A stretch of 59,897 nucleotides of DNA, filler included, from Dugesia japonica (Eukaryota): assembly GCA_001938525.1 (NCBI GenBank). It is 5 parts of 5 records of this genome, joined end to end, with 100 filler letters (N's around TTAATTAATTAA, not from the genome) between each part and the next. Parts side by side here need not be neighbours in the genome. Positions count along the whole stretch, not along the records: positions 47,367 to 59,897 come from MQRL01622137.1; 4 more parts are not named here. One strand, given 5' to 3'. A model generated the notes under the pieces. It was not told the origin of the DNA. It worked only from the letters and a program-made list of their open reading frames with translations, and did no database searches. A program made the position numbers and the translations under genes. Below, one piece after another: positions 52,420 to 59,897 of this stretch. Positions within the stretch are counted from its first letter, which is position 1. Each line of letters opens with the position of its first letter.

Positions 52420-52960
52420 ATTACAAAGCAAGAGTGTAGTATGTGATCTTTCGGTGCCAACCAATGATGACCTCGTTTGTTATTGTTAAAGTAAATCCAT
52501 TTTATCACAAGTCAACAAGTTATTCGAAAATTGCGAGCTTTTATGACGCATCAAATAAGACGAACAAATTGTAAATTTTCAGAGCTTGTTTTCATTTGAC
52601 AAATTAAGTGAAACCCACTTGTAAAGCTTGCATGACATTTCCAATTGCTTTTAATATCCCGTCACGTTTCATTGCCAACATTGATGATTTCTGACAATTC
52701 TTTAAATGATAAATTTGAATTGTTTTCAATAGATTTTTAAAATCATTGTTACAGACCACCAAGGTCTTCCGGAGCGTTCTTCATCTTCCACTGACTAGTT
52801 GGCTTCAGAAAATTAAGAAGAACCATTTTTAGGCAGTTTGACCCAAACGCTAAATGGATTCTACTGTAACGCTTGATCTCATTTTATACTTATAAAACAA
52901 TTTTGGGTTTTTCTGATACTAATAATTCAATTCTTCACATCTGAACATAATTGTAGTAAA
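52420..52960 (-). pseudogene. Mariner transposase remnant (N-terminal half)
   Basis: AFGSNCL, VEDEERSGRP, KWVSLNLS (WVPHEL-like), then TCD/KWIYFNN..W. Frameshifted. Confidence 0.75.
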
Positions 52961-53808
52961 TAGAAGAATGACCCACGTGATCTGAAGTGGTTTTCAATTT
53001 TGATAATAACATAAATACAAAATAAAGACGACTTCCACGGATAAACAACATAACAATAAATTTATTTCTACTTTCCAATACAAACAAACAATTTTTTTTT
53101 GAAAGATCTATCAATGGATATAATTTTAATAAAAAAACCCAATTAAAACAAAAAAACTGACTATTTTAATTACGAAATTTAAATAAATTCTTTTCTTCTA
53201 ATTAATCATTAATTTAATTTAAAAAAAAACAAACAAGTAAAAAAATTATCACGACATGTTTGCTTTCCATTAAAGAAAACTGAAAACTTTTAAATTGTAA
53301 TTTATTTTTAAAAAATTTACAAATTGTTTCTTTCAGTCTAATATCTAATTCTACTTATTCAAATAAAATAATCTACTTACTATTCTAATTATATGGAATT
53401 GTATCAAACCAAGATTACATAGTAATTTTCAAATCGGTTTTATAGATTTATCGATTAATCAATAACAATTATTCTGAGGCAAATCAACACAAACTAGTTT
53501 AGTAGGAAAATTTGTTTAAATCTAACTAATTTAATGTCAAATACTAATTTTATTATCAGTGGATATTTAAATATGAAAGATTAGTTTAATGAACTGAAAG
53601 AAAATAAATTAAAAGATTGTTAATTGAAAACACAAATAACATTAATAATTAATTTTCTTTTACACTAACTATTGAGAATATTGTCAACAGTTGATGTTTT
53701 TCAAAATTTAAAATATATATATTTCAAATAACTCGTTTAAAACAAAAAATTATTTTTTATTTCAAAAAATTATTTAACAAGCAAAGATCAAAATTGCTGT
53801 TCTTTTAT

Positions 53809-53842
53809 TTTCAATATTTCGACATGGCCTTCCTCATGAACT
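53809..53842 (-). repeat. Degenerate hammerhead-like copy of the same family
   Basis: UUC-AUGAGGA-A-GGC-CAU-GUC-GAAA-UA-UU-GAA; C3 is replaced. Confidence 0.45.
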
Positions 53843-54099
53843 GTTGTTCAGTAAATTATTATTACAAATTTTGACATAAAGTTTATGATTTTCAATAAAT
53901 ATGAGTAAAATCCATTTTCATTGGATTGTAATTGTTATATAAAATTAAATGAACATTTTCTCGGTTAATTGCTGCAAAGAATTATGATAAATCTATTTTA
54001 AAAATTGTTTTTAAAATTTAAATAATAATTTTTTAAACTTTTGTAAAATTATTTTTAAATTTTAAAACAATTAAAAAAATAGATTTAATATGGATAAAT

Positions 54100-54290
54100 G
54101 ATAAGTTTTCCCTGATTTTAGTAAAATTCCCCTTATTTTAGTAAATTTACTCTTCATTTTATTGAAATTTTCCTTAATTTAGTAAGTTTTCCCTGAATTT
54201 ACTAAGACTTCCCTTATTTTAGTAAAATAAAGAAATTTTACTAAAATAAGGGAAAACTTACTAAAATAAGGGATAATTTACTAACTGTCC
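54100..54290. repeat. Foldback of ~20-bp tandem units
   Basis: ttcccttattttagtaa units followed by inverted ttactaaaataaggga units. Confidence 0.75.
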
Positions 54291-55730
54291 ATTTAATATA
54301 TTTCAATTTTATCACATTAAATAACTGATGTCATAAAAAATAAAATAAGTATGAGATTAACGATTTTAAATTAGTTAAAAAATGAAAATGGGAAATTTGT
54401 AAAAGAAATCAAACAAAAGAGAAAAAAAAATGTTTATTTGAATTGAAAATTATCAACCTAACAGCTGTCACATCATTTTCAATGGATAATCTTTGAGAAC
54501 GTGAAATTAATGCTGTCGAAATTGAATTAATAAATGACTGAGTGAAATTAATGGGCAATTAATATTAACATAAATTGAATTAAATATTGATTAGAAATCA
54601 CGATAAAATTTTTCCAATCAATATTTTTTTCAAAGGATTTTCTTTAGAAATTATGCAAATAAATCCAAAAAAACAGTATGCACTAAATTGATTCAATGAA
54701 TTTTTTCCCTTTTGATCTAAGCGACATACATTTATAATATAATTTATAATAAATTATTAATATAAACTAATTTAAATATTTAAATCATTTAAATATATAC
54801 AGTAAAAATAATAAACAATTTTATCACTTACAAAAATATTGGAAATATTTGCAAAAAAGACATTTCGACATTATATTTAAATTCTTTGGTCCATTCCAAC
54901 TGCTTTTCTCGATTAATAATCAATATAAGTGTTTTCTCGTTACTGGCAAATGTGAATAATATCCCCATTATTCATGCAACCTGTTGTGTATAGTTTGTTG
55001 TGAAAAAACATTTACTGTGCATATTCTTATTTGATTTGCTGAAATCGTACGAACATCTATTGCAGATTTCACAATATTCTGACCATCAATATTTGCAGTT
55101 TTTCTTTTTCTTCCATTTCATAAATATAATTTCTTTGGAAATTTTAAAGAAATTCAGAGACTGCAGGCTGTGATTTCTCTATTTTCTTCGTAATTTCTCT
55201 CTCATATAATTTGCAATCATTATACACTAGAATTTGTCGTTTTTGAAAGTTTGTCTGTTTCTATGTTGATTTAATTTCTAATTCCAATTATTCAAATGAA
55301 CTTATTCAGAAATTAATTAATTTAATTTTAGTTACTGAATTTATCTCGGCTCCTTGACAACAACAATGAATCAGTAAACATTCTCTTAAGATATTTTGAT
55401 TAAATAAATTGATCATGCACCAACAAATCAAAACATGAAATATATACAAAATGAAATAAAAATTACTTTCTTAGAATTTTCTGATTATAATTTCAAATAA
55501 ATTAATTTTTTCATGTTAATTACAATAATTAACTTGAGCTTTTAAAGTTAAACAATAAATCTTTGAAATGTCAAATGGATTTAAGTTACCGAATGAAATT
55601 GATTGAATTTCAGTGCAATAGTACAAAGAAGACATCATGAAGTATATTTAGTTTAGTTTTTNCAAATTTTATGTTTCTCAATCAACATCTCCATCAATTC
55701 GATATTACATTTATATTTATAATTCATATA

Positions 55731-56293
55731 CAGCAGACATGGTCAACTTTAATTGATCGATTGCAGGTTAAGATTTTAGAGATTCTATCGAGGACCGAAA
55801 ATAAGTGACACCATTTTTAGAATATTTATCTAAAATGGTGTCACTTTATCCTAGTACCTATAAACGGGAATAATATTTTACAAAAAAATAAATTTACAAA
55901 AAGCGATAACAAGTACAAGTTAACTAATGACAATCTTCCGAATTAACTTCAAATATCAATGCGAACATTTCTGAACAGGAGAAAAAACTTTGCTTTAATT
56001 GGCTGGTGTCATTGGTATTTGATTAATAATTTCAGATAGAAAGAATAAATTAATAAAATATTTTATTTTTCAAAAATACAGTATTAATCTTGAATTTGAA
56101 TTTTAATTAACACAGTAGAAATGCAAATGCCCTTTTTAATTTATTTAACAACATAATTATTGAATTGTAATGTTTGAAATGTATATTTACAAATAATTGA
56201 TGCCATAATACATTCCTTATTTTTTTCGGCCCTCGATAGCATTTCTAAACTCTTAACCGGCCACCGACCAATGAAAGTTGAGCATGTATGTTG
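55731..56293. mobile_element. MITE with ~75-bp imperfect TIRs, containing a small internal palindrome (55803-55846)
   Basis: cagcagacatggtcaacttt..ggttaaga..ctatcgagg.ccgaaaa is inverted at ttttcggccctcgatag..tcttaacc..aaagttgagcatgtatgttg; TA flanks. Confidence 0.75.
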
Positions 56294-59200
56294 TATATGG
56301 ATTATAAATGTATGTATCCATGTGCAATTATATAATGAAAAAATATAAAATATTTTAGCATTAATTTAAATTACAAAAACTACAACCCTATGAATAGTTG
56401 GTCAAACACTAATTTTCACACATTAATTTACTAAAATATATTTTTCATATAATTAATGCAACAATAGACCTAGAGTAGGAAAACTTTATTTTTTGACAAC
56501 ACACTAAATTCATTTTAATGTATTTAACAAATTTGAATTTTTACATGTTTATATAAGTAAATTACGTTTAATAAACAATCAATTCATATTTAATAAGAAG
56601 AATATGCTTATTTTTGTTGACATATTAATTTTCTTTTGTTCGACGCTTGATAAAGAAACATAAAATAAAATAAACATAAATTCAACACAGCACATCTGGA
56701 TACCGCGGCATACAGTTTGCCGACGACTGCAATAGACTATCAAAAATATTGAACATGAATTAAAAGTGGAAGAGAATTCATTTTATTTGTAGATTGAGAT
56801 CATACAGAAGATGTTTTAGTTGGTTTAAAATAAAATATTTTTCATAGGAAATTTTATCATATTCTGGTGCTGAAAAGATTAGGTTTGTAGTTTTAGAAAT
56901 CTTAAAACAGAGTTCGAAAAGATGGTGTTAAGCAGTTTTATTTGGTTAGGTATCCATAATTTAGAAATGTAATTAGTTGAATTCCACAGCAGTGTGATGT
57001 GGTATTTGATATAATTAATTTATATTTGTTTCTCTTTGTAATACGAAATATATTAATTTAATATATATCACCACTTTCTTTTAATATTATTTCAATTAAT
57101 TCAATAATTTATTTTCTTCGTGTTATTTCTTGTTATTAATTGAATGGTTTTGTTAAATTCGTTTTCTATTTCTCTCATCGCCAAAGACTTTCCAAGTTTA
57201 GTTCTTTCATTCGTGTTGCGGATATATTTCCGTATTGTTGATTGTTCGTTTTTATCAAGTTTCAACACAACAGAAATACTGATCATAAATAAGAAAAGAC
57301 TAATTAAATTCAAACAAGAAGCTATAATCTGTTGTATTTTATCAATATGTGTGGCACCATGCAACTGACTACTTCTTGTTGATATATTCTTCATTCACAT
57401 ATTTTTCTTCAATGATAACTNTTTTTTACAAAGCTTAACCATAAATTTGTACCTTCTTAAATTTATTCCTTTATAAATTTCCGACTAGATCTCAATTTTG
57501 GTTCTTTAAATTAAAGGTTCGTTTTTTATCTTTGTGAATTATTAAAAATCTATATTACTAAAACGATTTGTTTTTAAGTTTTTGCACAAGAAATGATGTT
57601 TGATATGAAGTTCTATAACGAGATTGCTTTTTTGTCATTAAGAAAACACTTTAACTAAATTAGCATCATTTTTGCAATTTCAACAGCTAATTAAACTGGA
57701 TTTAAAATATTGATTAAATTTTCGAAAATCATGTAATCATTTCTATAATATAACTTAGTGGTCTTCATATTGTGTTAAGCAGAACCCTGGAATTTCAAGG
57801 TACCTCTGATAGTTCTTACTTTATAGTACTTTATAGTTCCTAGAGTTTGATGAGTCGACAAAGTTTGAAAACCATTGATATAACTTTTAAAATTTGCAAA
57901 TTAACACTTTCTTTAATTTTCAAATATCTATTAATCATTATTACAATAGTCGTCCACTTAATTTGGCAATCCAATAAACCTGAAACCGTAAAAATCGCAT
58001 AATAGAATTTTCGATTGATTATAGACAAAAGGTTTTCTAAACCATTTTAAAATAGTTTCACTGTCATCATTTTATATTTGGTACTTCTATGACGTTCACA
58101 TCAGAAAGTGATCAATATTTGATAAGATTATTATATCAAATATATGAACAAATTACATGGATTTCATAGTTGCAGAAAATTCCATGATATTAAGACCTTG
58201 AAAAGCCCTAAGCACTTACAACAGTTGAAGCCCCAATTAAAATTTTATTGGAAAATAATCAAACATGAAAAGGTTTGCTTGTTTGATGATTTTCGTTTTT
58301 GAGTACCATTTAACGTTAAATGTTTCATTCTAATTTTCGGTTGTCTGTAAATTCAAAAATTCAATTATAATTAATATAATTAATTTAATATAGTTAAAAG
58401 TATAATAATCACATTATAGCAAATAATATATTTAGGTGTATAATAAGTACAGAAGATAAAAATAATTAATATGTTACAACAATATGTTAATTCAATAGTT
58501 AATGTAAAGGCAGTCAGTACCAGAGTGATTTATTATACTCCTCGCTCCGAGATTGAATAGATGGTGCCTCCATTACTTGGTGTTATAAGGACGTATTAAT
58601 ATAGGCTAACCCACCATGTATTAAGGTATCAAGCAAAATATACTTTACCATCATAACTGCATCATCTTTTGTACAAACAATTATATTGAGTAGGCTTTTT
58701 TTAAAACCACCTAATTTATATTCAATCATTTCTCCAGTTAATGTTTTCAATTGGTTAAGTTCCATCTATTCTGATAATGAGTAAATTTCAAAGTTTACAA
58801 TTTAAATTTACTTGTCGCATACTTCATATAAACAATGAAATATATTTTAAAAAATATCAATAAAATAATAGAAAAAACAACATTAAAAGTTAATTTTAGT
58901 TTGAATAATAATTATAACTGTATATTTTCATATTATTCTCTTGTTTGATATAATTTTAAAGAATTATTAAAACCAATCTTTTTGAAAAACTTTTCTTGTC
59001 ATTTTAATGAGATATTTTGTCTCGTAATCTATTTTATGATATGAAATTTTTGAATTTTAAATTTCCCAGCCATCATTGTATTATTATTTGGAAAATAATC
59101 GTAATCTAATAATAATTGTCTGAAACAAACCCTCATTAATTTCCCAATCATATTTTGATAATTGCTATTCATACGTTTATTATATTTAATCATTTAATTT

Positions 59201-59897
59201 CCACTTAAATTCTTTTATTATATTTCCGTTATAATAATTCAACTAAAAGAAAATTCTCAAAATATTAATTTAGTTTAATAAAAAAATATTAGTATATTAC
59301 TACATCAATTCTGCGTCTTTAGAACAGGAAAGTCGTTAAATAAAATAATTTTTTAGAATTTATTAATTTCTTTTTATTCTCAAAATTTTAATTGTTTCTT
59401 TCTTTCTTTACAAATTAAAGAGGTCAACATTCAAAATTTATAAAATTCACACCGAGAATCAAATTTCGACGAAGTTAATGAAAATCATGCCAATTCCAGC
59501 GGTAATGAAAATGCAAAATTGTTAGTTACGAGTTTAATACGTGACTTTTTGCAGGTCTTCTTTTAAACAAATAATGTTCACTACGGTCTTGAATTGTACC
59601 AAGAAACTTTTAAATTAATAACCAAATAAAATAATTCTTTCATTTGTTTATATTTATTTCAATTATCAAATATTTATACTATTTGTAAAGTTGAATTTAT
59701 TTCATATTTGAATATAAATTAAAGTTGTTTTAATGAATTTACATTAAGTAATTCAAACAAAAATATAAATAAAGAGATTTTGATGAAGATCAAAGTTATA
59801 TGCATTAAGCAAATTTGAATTAATGAAAAATAATTATTCAATTAAAACATTAAGAAAAGAAAATGACGAATTTCAAAAATCAAAAGAGAAAATAATA

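Noticed and set aside
54850-55400. Possible piggyBac transposase remnant on the minus strand
   Set aside because: Only faint resemblance to the DNFFT region; too degenerate to support without a profile search.
57101-58765. Short ORFs 57101-57394 and 58583-58765
   Set aside because: No recognisable motifs or splice support; may be decayed TE sequence. Needs a TBLASTX or HMM search.

Overview
A very AT-rich eukaryotic (animal) genomic window. The 41-126 nt introns and the transposon complement suggest an invertebrate such as a planarian flatworm, but this is inference only. The window is five segments joined by an artificial 100-nt spacer (44 N + TTAATTAATTAA + 44 N), so adjacency across spacers is not biological evidence. 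Only two host genes are supported, arranged convergently in the first 7.6 kb: an asteroid/ASTE1 XPG-family nuclease (2 exons, +) and mitochondrial ribosomal protein L52 (4 exons, -). The rest is mostly degraded mobile DNA: Gypsy LTR retrotransposons, Penelope-like elements, an RLE-type non-LTR element, mariner and hAT remnants, MITEs, Polinton/Maverick-related sequence and minisatellites. Three observations stand out. (1) A 3.07-kb element with ~600-bp CACTG-type terminal inverted repeats carries Polinton packaging-ATPase and protein-primed PolB fragments and is inserted in a mariner. (2) A structurally intact minimal type I hammerhead ribozyme has several degenerate relatives across the window, one upstream of a Penelope RT remnant. 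(3) Two back-to-back AGTAGGTAG Maverick-like termini: one leads into a long orphan ORF with two CHCC zinc knuckles, the other into a phased E2F-site array and a minisatellite cascade. All family assignments come from motif recognition by eye; no searches were run.
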